Source: Candidatus Bathyarchaeota archaeon
GTDB taxonomy: Archaea; Thermoproteota; Bathyarchaeia; Bathyarchaeales; Bathycorpusculaceae
Assembly (NCBI GenBank): GCA_963775685.1
Contig: CAVZJV010000011.1
Location: 1-64,000, forward strand
Direction of reading: 5' to 3'
DNA length: 64,000 nt
The notes beneath the pieces are model-generated. The model saw only the letters and a list, made by a program, of their open reading frames with translations, had not been told where the DNA came from and did not search any database. Numbering within the stretch: position 1 is the first letter of the stretch; each line of letters begins with the position of its first letter. This document shows positions 27,807 to 37,807 of the stretch, one piece after another. A program made the translations under genes and the position numbers.

Positions 27807-29897
27807 TTAACGTTCGATTGAGATTTGGCTTGCTCCCGCTTCTTTTTGGAGAGTAATTACATGGTCTGCTTTTGCAGCGAACGCTTCACTATGCGTGACC
27901 GCGATTATTTGCTCAATGGCTTTGAATCGGCTTATAGCTTCCGCCAGCCTCTCTATGCTGCCATCTTCGCTTCCCAAGTTTTCAGTAGGCTCATCAAGCA
28001 TCAGCAATCCTAAACCGTGACCAGTCCTTGACTGCATAATCAACTGCCCCAGCCCTAAACGGTAAGCAAACGCCAACAAAGTTCGTTCTCCACCTGAAAG
28101 GTTGCTGACTTCACGGTCACCCCCAGTTTCGCTCTTCACATATGGCGTATAAGTCTCATCTATAACAACATTGAGCATCGGGAGTTCTCCACCAACTAAC
28201 CCATCAAGTACTTGCTGAACAAAGTTGCGCAAAACCTTCACGAATTCGCTACGCAGTTTCGGCTGGATGCTGCGGTAAGCATCACGGATCGCACCCAAAA
28301 CCTCCACGGTTTTGAGTATTTTCTCCATATGCTCCAGCTTTTCTTGGCCATGGTTGATTCGTTCTTTGATGTCATCCAAACGTTGGGCTAAGTCTTTTTT
28401 GCGGTTCTCTTTGGTGCGTAAATCCGAGTCAACAACGTAAAATTGTCTAAACAGCTGTTCTCGTTGCGTTCGTGCAGCTTCAACATCTTGGAGGTTGAAC
28501 TTGCCGATTTCAAACAAAACAAATTCAAGCTGTGACTTCAAATCAGACTCAAGTTTCTGCTTTTCCTCGAACTCACTTAAAAGGGTAGACATGTTGTTTT
28601 CTTCTTCGCTGATTCTTGCCTTTAAATCCGCTTCACGAGTAACACAAGTCTGCAGGTTTGTGTAGGCTTCAGAAGCATTAGCCTTGGTTTTCTGCAGGTC
28701 TGCAACCTGAATCCGAATTAGGTTAACTGTTTTTTCTCGTTCAACGTTTTCCTGTTGAATTCTCAGCATCAAACCAGTCTTGTACTCACCAGTTAAAGGT
28801 TGAATACAGAGAGGACACTTGCTCTCTTCGGCTAACTCCACTATTCTTTTGTTGTCGGTTTGCATGCTTCGCGAAGTTGCTTCTTGCTCAGCTTTTAAGT
28901 TGCTGATTTTATCATCAAACATCATCAAACTTGAACCCAACTGCTCTAAGGGCAGATTAGCGGGTAACCCTGCTTGATCCAGCTTGAACAAACACATTTT
29001 CATCTGAGTACCAAGAGAGCTTTGGCGTTGACGGAGGTTTTCGACAATGTTTTTTTTGCCTTCAATGCGCTGATTAAGTGATGCCAAGGTGTTTATCATG
29101 TTAGTTATGTAGGCGTTTAATCGGGCTTCTTTACGCCTAAGGTCTTCTACAGCGAATTTTTTCTCTTCCAACATTTTAAGCTTTGAGTTAGCTTCATCTA
29201 ACGCTCTTTTGACAACAGCTAGTTTCTGTGCTGAATTCTCCAAATCCATCTCTAAGAGAGTGAATTCTTCGCTTGCTCTGTTGTATTCATTGCTGAGTTT
29301 TTCTAAGCCGGTAACATCGGCATCCTTCTGGTAGAAGGATAGTTCATTCTCGTAGTCCCTTTTGAAGGGGGCAACAGAGTTCCATGCTTCTTCATAATCA
29401 GAAAGACCGAATAATTCATCTAAACGAGTTTGCCTATCTCGAGGTTTAGCGTCAAGTAAATCTTTGAGGTGCTCCTGCCTGAACCAGACGATTTCACGGT
29501 AAAGGTCCTTATCCAAACCCGTGATTGCTTTCAGTTGTTCGGCAATGGCTTCGGTTTTCATGCTGGCGACAAGCTTCTCGTCTTCATATAGCCTGAGCTG
29601 TTCCAGATCTTGGTTGATACTTTTGCCTTTTTTCCTCAGTCCTCTTGTAAGTTTATAGGTTCTGCCGTTATGAGTGAACTGCAATGTAACTTTGCTCCAG
29701 TCAGCGCCTTCACGCATCAAATATTCAAAACTTCTACTGCCAATCGTGTCTCCGAACAACCCAAAATCCACCGCTAACATCACGCTTGATTTGCCACGGC
29801 CAACACCTCCGACTATACAGTTAAACCCACGGGTAAAAGGTACTGTGGATTTGATGTGGCTTCGGATGTTTTCTAGCTGGACGATTTCGATTTTCAT
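27807..29897 (-). CDS. rad50: Rad50/SbcC ATPase
   Basis: Walker A GGVGRGKSS, coiled coil with CPLC zinc hook, LSGGER, LDEPT, VTH. Confidence 0.9.
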   Translation of the reverse strand: MKIEIVQLENIRSHIKSTVPFTRGFNCIVGGVGRGKSSVMLAVDFGLFGDTIGSRSFEYLMREGADWSKVTLQFTHNGRTYKLTRGLRKKGKSINQDLEQLRLYEDEKLVASMKTEAIAEQLKAITGLDKDLYREIVWFRQEHLKDLLDAKPRDRQTRLDELFGLSDYEEAWNSVAPFKRDYENELSFYQKDADVTGLEKLSNEYNRASEEFTLLEMDLENSAQKLAVVKRALDEANSKLKMLEEKKFAVEDLRRKEARLNAYITNMINTLASLNQRIEGKKNIVENLRQRQSSLGTQMKMCLFKLDQAGLPANLPLEQLGSSLMMFDDKISNLKAEQEATSRSMQTDNKRIVELAEESKCPLCIQPLTGEYKTGLMLRIQQENVEREKTVNLIRIQVADLQKTKANASEAYTNLQTCVTREADLKARISEEENNMSTLLSEFEEKQKLESDLKSQLEFVLFEIGKFNLQDVEAARTQREQLFRQFYVVDSDLRTKENRKKDLAQRLDDIKERINHGQEKLEHMEKILKTVEVLGAIRDAYRSIQPKLRSEFVKVLRNFVQQVLDGLVGGELPMLNVVIDETYTPYVKSETGGDREVSNLSGGERTLLAFAYRLGLGQLIMQSRTGHGLGLLMLDEPTENLGSEDGSIERLAEAISRFKAIEQIIAVTHSEAFAAKADHVITLQKEAGASQISIER

Positions 29898-31096
29898 TTG
29901 GCAAGCTCCTCAATGGTTTGCTTGACTTTGTCGTCTTGTTTTCGGGTTAAGGGCTCAATTAGGTTGAGCGCTGCTTTTGAGATTTTTTCAGCCTCTTCTT
30001 TGCCATAACGTTCAGAGAAGATTTGCAGGAAATACTCGTATGCTTTAGTTTTCAGGTCCTTAAATCCGCTTTCAAATATGGATCGTACGATTTCGTCGGA
30101 AACCGCAGTTTCCATCAGAAGAACGATTGGGTGAACAAGTAAGGCTTTTTCACCCGCACAGCGAATTTTTGTTATGTCGATTTCCGTGCGGCTTGCTTCT
30201 GCTGGCAACGTTCCCTTCAACACCGGAATCACAATTGCACCTTCTTCATCAGCTTGCTTTACTATCTGAACTGCTAACTCTGTGATTTTAGCTGGGACCA
30301 TGCCTGTGAAATCTTGTTCTGCAAGCACAAATCTGCGTGGAGACATAAGCTCTATCGGTTCAGGGTGGGCTTCACCTTTCTCATTAACCTTAACATGGAA
30401 GAAACCTTTGGGGTACTTGGCTTCGTCATAACTCACAGTTTCAGTGCAGCCGCTGTAAACTAAGATGCCATCCTTGAACTTGCCCAAGAACCTTTCATGT
30501 ATGTGCCCAGCCGCATAGTAGCAAAAACCACCAGGCAACTCGTCTGGCGAAATTTCTGCTTCAAAAGGTCCCTTAACGCTAGCCAAATCTATGGCCCCGT
30601 GAAAAACAAAGATGTTGGCAACTCCAGCTTTTGGAGTTGGAGGGTTATCTTCCATGAATTTCGGCAGTGCCTCTTGGGTTTTATGCCTATTATGGTAAGT
30701 TGGGATGCCGTAAACATAGCAGCAATCAGGTTTGCTCCAGCATGCCCCCAGATGCCTCGGCAAATGGATGATTAATCCTGCGCTGTCCAACGGATAGAGA
30801 ATCGTGCTTGTTATGGTGTTTGGGGCCGAATCGTGCGAGCCGTCAACCGTTAAAACCTGGATGCCTGCATCTTTTAGCCGCTTGAAACTTCTGATAGTAT
30901 TCTCTAAGGTGTGGTTGGATGGTCTTGGCTGATGAAAAAGATCACCTGCAATAATTATGAAGTCAGGTTTTAACTCGATTGCCTTGTCCACAAGCTCCGC
31001 AAAAGCGTTGTCGAAGTCTTGCCTTCTTGCTTCTAACCCATACTGCGGATACCCCAAATGCAAATCTGAAGCATGGACAAAACTGAAAGCCCTCAA
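29894..31096 (-). CDS. mre11: Mre11/SbcD nuclease
   Basis: SDLHLG, AGDLF, GSHD, FHG, GHIH, YSG; ATGA overlap with rad50. Confidence 0.9.
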   Translation of the reverse strand: MRAFSFVHASDLHLGYPQYGLEARRQDFDNAFAELVDKAIELKPDFIIIAGDLFHQPRPSNHTLENTIRSFKRLKDAGIQVLTVDGSHDSAPNTITSTILYPLDSAGLIIHLPRHLGACWSKPDCCYVYGIPTYHNRHKTQEALPKFMEDNPPTPKAGVANIFVFHGAIDLASVKGPFEAEISPDELPGGFCYYAAGHIHERFLGKFKDGILVYSGCTETVSYDEAKYPKGFFHVKVNEKGEAHPEPIELMSPRRFVLAEQDFTGMVPAKITELAVQIVKQADEEGAIVIPVLKGTLPAEASRTEIDITKIRCAGEKALLVHPIVLLMETAVSDEIVRSIFESGFKDLKTKAYEYFLQIFSERYGKEEAEKISKAALNLIEPLTRKQDDKVKQTIEELAK

Positions 31097-31443
31097 CCCT
31101 TAACCCTCATGCAGTAGTTAGAGTTTGTAATGGCAAGTTTTAAGCCTTTAGCATGTAACCGAAAAACGCAATGTTATTGTAGTTAGCTTTTTTTCTTTCC
31201 GGCAACAATTATTATGTTGACATATGAGAGAGAGAAGTCTCCTGTGCAGTCCTTCATTTGCACTTAGTATGATTATAAGCTCTTAAGGCAACGATTTTTT
31301 TGACCGATTTCACTGTAAGCTATGAGCTAAAGGCGCCTCTCAAAATTCTTATTATTAACGGCATGATTTCGCTGTGACTTCCTGAAGTCATTTTCTATTA
31401 GTATTTAGACAATCCTCAATCAGCAAAACCATGCGGACTCATA

Positions 31444-31899
31444 TTAATAAATTAAAAAAAGTGACCTGCCGTCTTTCAAGTTCAGATTGCTGAAGTTTAC
31501 GGATTCACTAATCACATCTATTTTGACAAGAACGATTCTTCCATTGTTTCTTAGAACCGTTTCATTCGACGAAAACCTTGCGTCTACAGCTTTGGGGCGC
31601 ACTTGGAATAGGCGATCTGCATCTTCCCTGTCGAATTTGCCACTGGCAAACGATAAGTCTTGAGTATTGCACTGAAGGGGCCATATTTTTTAGAACTATT
31701 GAGCCATTTAACTTCTGAGGTCGCTTTTTAACCATGTTTAGTTTGTTGTCAACGCCTACAATTTGCTCTCATTGCCAACGTATTATGTCAGCGCAGTGGT
31801 GTCGGTTGCAGGACAACCGCAAAGCTGGAAAAGGTGGAAGCTTCTGGTTTTGATTTGTTGGCGTTTTGACCGATTTTCTTAGGTGCTCGGCGGTGTCAT
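31444..31899 (-). pseudogene. Decayed class I SAM-dependent (UbiE-like) methyltransferase
   Basis: Fragments across frames with stops: LCGCPATDTTALT*YVGNES, IVGVDNKLNMVK, QCNTQDLSFASGKFD..DADRLFQ, VLRNNGRIVLV. Confidence 0.55.
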
Positions 31900-32067
31900 A
31901 GCCTTTATTCTCAGTTACTTTGCTAAAAAACACATTTGCTCTTTTCTTATTATGTTAAGGGTATTAACTAGTGCCTTCTCTGATGTCGTTTTAAGGAGAT
32001 TTTTGAGTTATTTTAACGTAAAAATATAAGAAACCCTTCGTATTAACTATGGAAAGGCGCAAACCTA

Positions 32068-32892
32068 ATGAAATGCCAAGCATGCACCCAGGACGTTGTT
32101 CTACCTTTCACATGTAAATACTGTGGTGGGCAATTTTGCGCAACCCATCGTTTGCCAGAAAATCATGAATGCCCAAAAATCGACACAGCGCGTACCCAAC
32201 GCAAAGAACAAGTCATGACCACCCAAAGCTATGGCTCCTACAATTATAGTTATGTTTATGATCAAGACCCCTACAAACGAAAGCGTCCAATCATTTTCAG
32301 TCAAAAAGAAGTCAAACACATCAGCATTGCAGCAGCACTTGTTATTGGTATCGGCTTCTCTATAGGATTATATGGCCAGTTTTTTGGTGGTTTCCTATTC
32401 AATTGGACCTATGAATTCATGGCTGTATTCGCAACTATAATGACAACTTCGTTTTTGGCTCATGAAATCGCGCATAAGGTGTTTGCCCAAAGGAAGGGGT
32501 TGTGGGCTGAGTTCCGCTTGACTACTTGGGGTGCGGTGTTGACTTTCGCGTCGATTTTCCTGCCCTTTAGGATGATTGCTCCAGGAGCCATGATGATAGG
32601 CGGTCAACTCAAAGAAAGTGACGATTTACTGAAAATTTCGATAGCTGGACCAATAACCAACCTAATCTTTTCGGTCGGAATAATTGGCGTAGCCTTTTTT
32701 GCGCCCGTAACGATCGATTTCTCCCTGATGCTCATGTTTGCTGCTTACATCAATGCATTCATGGCTGTCTTTAACTTGGTTCCGTTCGGCGTTTTGGACG
32801 GTTACAAGATTTTTCAAGTTAACAAAAAAGTCTGGATTGCAACTTTTGTTCCAAGCGCTATTCTAGCGATTTTTACTTTCCTCTATGTTTAA
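32068..32892 (+). CDS. AN1-type zinc finger fused to an M50 site-2 protease
   Basis: CQAC...PFTCKYCGGQFCATHRLPENHEC; HEIAH, AGPITN, NLVPFGVLDG. Confidence 0.88.
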   Translation: MKCQACTQDVVLPFTCKYCGGQFCATHRLPENHECPKIDTARTQRKEQVMTTQSYGSYNYSYVYDQDPYKRKRPIIFSQKEVKHISIAAALVIGIGFSIGLYGQFFGGFLFNWTYEFMAVFATIMTTSFLAHEIAHKVFAQRKGLWAEFRLTTWGAVLTFASIFLPFRMIAPGAMMIGGQLKESDDLLKISIAGPITNLIFSVGIIGVAFFAPVTIDFSLMLMFAAYINAFMAVFNLVPFGVLDGYKIFQVNKKVWIATFVPSAILAIFTFLYV

Positions 32893-32905
32893 AAAGAAAG
32901 AGGCA

Positions 32906-33100
32906 CTATTGTCCTCTTTCGAAAAGTAAGTAATGGTTTACGGTGTAATTCCAAGCACCACCCATTCCGGCTGTGTTATAGCTGTGCAATCGCCAGCCCT
33001 GTTGCTCCCATTCAATGATTGATTTACCCACGTCGTCATGGTGATTAAGGAGTATGCATCGCCATTCTTTCATAGTTTCACCTCTTGAACCGATTACCAT
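32906..33100 (-). CDS. Small DUF4177-like protein
   Basis: EW...QGWRLHS...YLLFER pattern; start probably MKEW. Confidence 0.55.
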   Translation of the reverse strand: MVIGSRGETMKEWRCILLNHHDDVGKSIIEWEQQGWRLHSYNTAGMGGAWNYTVNHYLLFERGQ

Positions 33101-33164
33101 AGTAAAATTTAAGGAATTTCCTAAGAGGCTCTGAAAATTCTAAAAAGGGCTAAACTGAAAAAGT

Positions 33165-33473
33165 TTAGATAAGTTCAATTGTTACGTGCACTTCTTCAGG
33201 TACACGGATACGCATAATTCGGCGCATGACACGCTCTTCAGAGTCTATATCGATTAACCGTTTGTGAATGCGCATTTCCCATCGGTCCCATGTTGCTGTG
33301 CCTTCGCCTGATGGACCTTTAAGAACTGGAACACGGAGTCGTTTGGTTGGTAGTGGCACTGGGCCGTTCATTTTTACTCCAGTTTTTGAGGCGATACTTT
33401 TTAGTTCTCCACATACCTCTTCTAATTTACTATAATCCGTACTTGTGAGGCGTATTCGTGCTTTTCTGACCAT
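33165..33473 (-). CDS. rpsJ: 30S ribosomal protein S10
   Basis: [33 protein letters not shown]. Confidence 0.96.
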   Translation of the reverse strand: MVRKARIRLTSTDYSKLEEVCGELKSIASKTGVKMNGPVPLPTKRLRVPVLKGPSGEGTATWDRWEMRIHKRLIDIDSEERVMRRIMRIRVPEEVHVTIELI

Positions 33474-33822
33474 GCTTTGATGTCAAATCCCGTTTGTTGC
33501 AAACCATAGACACAATAGCCAAACATAAAAACCTATCGACGCACATTATTTCTTATCGTCTAGCATTTTTTTAATCCGCCGAATCGTTTGGGCTTTCGAT
33601 AGAAATGCGCTGTAATACCGTTAAAGGTAGCTTCATCATTTTTGCTAGCCGGCTTTGCCTAAATCGGGGAACGATTATTTCTACAGTTATTGTTCTCGAA
33701 CCTCAATAATCCCAGAAATCACTTCTAAGAAATTCAGCAAAAAAGAAAATAATATTTACTCTGTTACATGCAAATTGAAACTAAAAAAGGGGAACTCAAA
33801 GAGTAAGAGACACAAGTTCGCT

Positions 33823-34121
33823 TTATCGTGCCCAGCAGGGTCCATAGTTGTATCCGTTGCCATAGCTGCCTTGATATGGCGCAGGGGGAGTTGTGGCGTC
33901 TGTTGGTGCTTGAGGCGCTGCATAACCGTTGCTGCAGGCTTGGTTTACTCCGTAGTCAAGGCAGTTGCCGATACATCTCCAGAATCCGTTGTTGGGGGGT
34001 TGGCTGGGGTTTGTGGTCGTGTCTAATTGGCTTGCGGTTAGTTGGGCTGAAGCTAAATCAAAGGCGTCCAGGGTCAGGCCGCCACAGTGATTAAGGCGAT
34101 TGTGATTTTAGTTTTACTCAT
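33823..34121 (-). pseudogene. Frameshifted small secreted Gly/Tyr/Cys-rich protein
   Basis: MSKTKITIALITVA / frameshift / ...LASAQ...NNGFWRCIGNCLDYG...GSYGNGYNYGPCWAR*; GGTGA upstream; span is 299 nt, not a multiple of 3. Confidence 0.5.
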
Positions 34122-34825
34122 TTTGTTTATCACCATGTTGCTATAGGTCATAGGGGCTTATGGCAGTTGGCTGAACAAGAATGAAACAGTTTGAGAAACG
34201 GTTTTGAAGCGTTTTGTTTTCTTCTTCACAGATCACTTTTAGCCCAATAAGCTTGAATAACTTCATTTTCATAGGAGACTCTAATATCTGCAAAGGTCCT
34301 TTGGAGTTACTGTTTAAAAACACAAACAGCATTTTTTGCTATTCTTCAACATGAGGGAGAATTAGGAATTTGAACCAAAACATGATTGTTAAGCTTATGA
34401 TATCTGAGCGGGTTTTTCCATTTAGCATAAGAGGTGTTAAGGTAGTTTTTCCAGGGTTTGCGTTAGGTGATTTTACGTTTTCACAGGGTTCGTCTATTTT
34501 GTCATTAGAGTCCCTGTTATGCGTGAAAGTCCAGCTTCAGCCACAGCTTGGAGGATTGCAGAGCAGCTAATCAAGGAAGGTTCCGACGTTCATGCAGGAA
34601 ACAGTGAGCGTTTTGTTTTCACTGATTCAACAAACAAACGCTTTGAACGTCGCGTAAGGTAGCTCAGCTAATTGAGAAAGGGTTAGAACCTGACACTAAA
34701 AAGATACCTGCTAATTCTTTATTCAGCAATTGGCAAACATGCTAAGCTTCACGGGTTTAACACAAAATCAATCTACGAAGCTGTTAGAGAACAAAAACAA
34801 AACAGTCTCCAGCAATATTGAGGAA

Positions 34826-35025
34826 ATGCCTATGGTGAAACTTCGTTTTGACAAATCAAAAAGAAAGTACAAAAACGACAAAAAAATATACGCGTACGAT
34901 CGAATCACACTTGTTTTCCCCAGAGAATACCATGACTTGCTAAAAGCAATAAACAACTTTCAATATTCATTGAAAAAAAGGATGAACGCCTAAACCTGTC
35001 GTTGTCTGAAGTCAAGAAACCTTAA
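34826..35025 (+). pseudogene. Small basic hypothetical protein (possibly AbrB-like), apparently frameshifted
   Basis: MPMVKLRFDKSKRKYKNDKKIYAYDRITLVFPREYHDLL; the alternate frame continues QLSIFIEKKDERLNLSLSEVKKP*. Confidence 0.4.
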
Positions 35026-35389
35026 CCTTTGAAGGGTTCCCGCGTAATTCATCTTCACAACAAAATGTCAAAGCAAGAAGAATTGGTACAGTGGGAGATC
35101 GCCCACCGCAATCGAATTAGCTTCAGATTTTCCAAAGTCAAAAGAGCTAAATGTGCCCTACAAAATGTTTCGGCATGACAAAACCTACAAAGTGAAAACA
35201 CAGGAAAAGACCTTAAACCTGCGGCTTTATTCGCGGAATCCTATATTTTGTGTAAATGGGGTCTCAGAGAAAAATTTGCCCAAGGCATTTCTGCATGCCG
35301 AAGAATTTTTCCTCGAACCAAAGAGGCATTTTCAGCTCAAATAATGTAATAAACGACCTTTGCCGTCTGTTTCTTAAGGCGAAATCAGC

Positions 35390-35621
35390 TTGCAAAAATA
35401 ATTTACAAGAGAAGTAGAATCGATCCAGCTAAAATATCAGGTCCTTATTCTCTTTTTGCAGTGATGCTTTTGGTGGTAGAAATTTTTTTGCAATCTGGTT
35501 TTATAAATCTCAAAGTTCCATTGAAAGAATAGTTGCAGGTTCAATAATGGCACTTGTTTTCATCGCTCTAATAATTTTTGCCATGAAAATAAACCGAACT
35601 GCCGACCAAGAAAAACCTTAA
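35390..35621 (+). pseudogene. Frameshifted small two-TM membrane protein
   Basis: IDPAKISGPYSLFAVMLLVVEIF / shift in T-run / AIWFYKSQSSIERIVAGSIMALVFIALIIFAMKINR. Confidence 0.4.
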
Positions 35622-35984
35622 ATGGAATCAGAAGCGGGTCTGCTTAACTTTTTTTTAAATATTTCCAAAAACTATCTACGCTCCGACTGAGGTTTCGAGG
35701 ACAAAAACTTTACAATTACTCTATAGTATCCGCTATTTCGTCAATTTCAATCTTGCTTGTGGCTATATTCCAGCCTATTGAGTGAAAAATTAACTCCTTG
35801 AGCTTTGTTAGTGATTAGACACAATCACAATGCTATATGTAGCATAACATTGTTCCCTAATTTGTTATCATTAAGTCAATCGGTTGGTAGTTGTCTGATT
35901 GGTTTTTTGAAAAAAGGGTAACATACGAGGCAGAGATTAAAACTCGCCTAATTTAAAGTTGGTTTATTGAGGAGGTGAAGAAGA

Positions 35985-36698
35985 ATAAGAGATATTGTTA
36001 ATACACTTATTGAGGCGGGCTCTTTCAAGATGCTCGTCTCAGCAATCCAAGCAGCCGAACTAGTAGATATGCTCAGAGACACAGGTAATTTTACGGTTTT
36101 TGCACCAGATGACGAAGCTTTTTCTAAACTGCCCCAAGGCACATTTGAAGACCTTCTAAAAAACCTACCAAGGTTAAATGCTATTGTAATGTATCACGTC
36201 GTTGCAGGAAAGCTCACCATCGATCAAATCAGTCAAATGGAAACTGCCAAAACAATCCAAGGCCAAGAAGTCAAAATTGACGCCCCCAAATGGCATCTCC
36301 ACATGAACCCCAAAATCGATGACGCAAACATAACAAATGCAGATATAGATACAAAAAATGGCGTGATTCATGTTTTGGATAGAGTTCTTATGCCAAATAT
36401 GGCGTTAACTTGCCCAGTTTGTGGAATGGGGTTCGTAACAATTCATGCTTTGAATACTCACACAAGAACGGTTCACCCAGAAGAAAGTAGACCAAAGCCA
36501 ATGCCAAATGCTGAAACTAAGCCTACGGTTGAAAAAAACCCCAAACACCTCTCAGCTATGTCGTCTCAAGATATACCGCTTAGGGGAGTAGAACCCAACC
36601 AGATCCCTTGTCCAGTATGCGGAAAAACCTTCAAGAGTTCGTCCGAAATGGAAAGACACATGGATACAGCACACCATGAAACAAAAGGACACGAATAA
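35985..36698 (+). CDS. Fasciclin (FAS1) domain protein with two C2H2 zinc fingers; probable ATA start
   Basis: RDIVNTLIEAGSF, FTVFAPDDEAF, YHVV, NGVIHVLDRVL; CPVCG..HTRTVH and CPVCGKTF..HMDTAH; GGAGGTGA 6 nt before ATA. Confidence 0.88.
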   Translation: MRDIVNTLIEAGSFKMLVSAIQAAELVDMLRDTGNFTVFAPDDEAFSKLPQGTFEDLLKNLPRLNAIVMYHVVAGKLTIDQISQMETAKTIQGQEVKIDAPKWHLHMNPKIDDANITNADIDTKNGVIHVLDRVLMPNMALTCPVCGMGFVTIHALNTHTRTVHPEESRPKPMPNAETKPTVEKNPKHLSAMSSQDIPLRGVEPNQIPCPVCGKTFKSSSEMERHMDTAHHETKGHE

Positions 36699-36789
36699 AC
36701 CTGCATCTAACTATGTGAAGAAGGAACCTAATTGCTACTTTTTGCATTGCTCTTAGCCTTAACCTTTTTTTGTTCTTCAGCTATTAATC

Positions 36790-37245
36790 CTATCTTTTCA
36801 AGCAGTAGTGGACAGTTTTCTGGGCATAGCCGTTGTAGTTGAAGTGGCCGTAGGCTTTTTTGACGTTGTTGGCTGTTTTTTGGATCTTTGGTACCCAGGG
36901 TTGCAGTTCTTCTTCGTTGTATTGGTAGTCAAACCAGATGTTTTTTCCTTTGCCTTGCCAGCGGAAATATGCAAAATCTGCTATTAGATGTATTTCTGGA
37001 GGTAGAAGCGGTTCATCGACAATGGTGGAAGCCACTCCATACTGCTTGAGGAGCGGGACTGTTTCGATGTTAGGTATGAGCCAGGTTGTATTTCTAAATT
37101 CTAAGGCGTTCCTGAATGTTGTGTCGAGCATTTGAAAGAAAGCTTCTAGGTTTTTAGGGTGTTTGAGTATTTTGGCGGCAGCTGGATGAGCAAGCAAACG
37201 ATGGAGGACATAACCGCAGGCTCTCCTGACGATAAATCTGCTCAT
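36790..37245 (-). pseudogene. Truncated DUF72 (YecE-like) protein
   Basis: Only the C-terminal part is present: ALEFRN..W, VDEP, FAYFRWQG, DYQYNEEELQPW, YGHFN. Confidence 0.7.
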
Positions 37246-37588
37246 AATGATCGAGTCCCTTGAGCAAAACCAAAATAGACAAAGACCATTTTATTCTGAA
37301 AATAAAAAAGAAGGAATTATTGCGGGAGAACGGGTGATAATATATAAAATCTATCGACGCACAAAAACAAAGGTAAGGACGAAATCCTCCTTAATTCCGC
37401 CAAGATAGCCAAACTAATAGCGTTCAGGCAACCATAACTCTCATTTAATGGTTCAAAAATGTCGACTGCAACTATCCCTTTAGAGAAGGAGCAGTTAGAC
37501 AATCGTTATCTAATTAGGTGTTTTGTACTTGGGATGTCTATTATGCAAATTTTTAGGCGTTTGACGTGTAGGCAACGGGTTCCGAGAA

Positions 37589-37639
37589 GTTGTTGTTGCT
37601 GTTGTTGTTGCAACTGAATTTTGCACAAACAGTTGCAAC
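37589..37639. repeat. (GTT)n-like tract followed by a 10-bp inverted repeat
   Basis: GTTGTTGTTGCTGTTGTTGTTG runs into GTTGCAACTG-N13-CAGTTGCAAC (37607-37639). Confidence 0.75.
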
Positions 37640-37807
37640 TTTCACACACTTTAAAAGTTAAGAAAAGGAAGGGCGACAAATTCGTTAGAAATTGGTTTAA
37701 GCATATCGGCAATGAAAAAACAACTGTAAAACCCCTAATTCATTGGAGGTTTAACGGTTACAATGCAACATTCATTATAGTTCTGCAACGATATTCTATT
37801 GATCCAT

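Noticed and set aside
30828-30846. Mre11 GSHD in place of GNHD as inactivation
   Set aside because: All other motifs are intact and I recall this variant in other archaeal Mre11 proteins
34560-34660. Hammerhead ribozyme
   Set aside because: GAAAC plus a hairpin is present, but the CUGANGA core and the NUH site are missing
35160-35305. Two imperfect copies of TTTC(G/T)GCATG(A/C)C
   Set aside because: Short and degenerate, with only two copies
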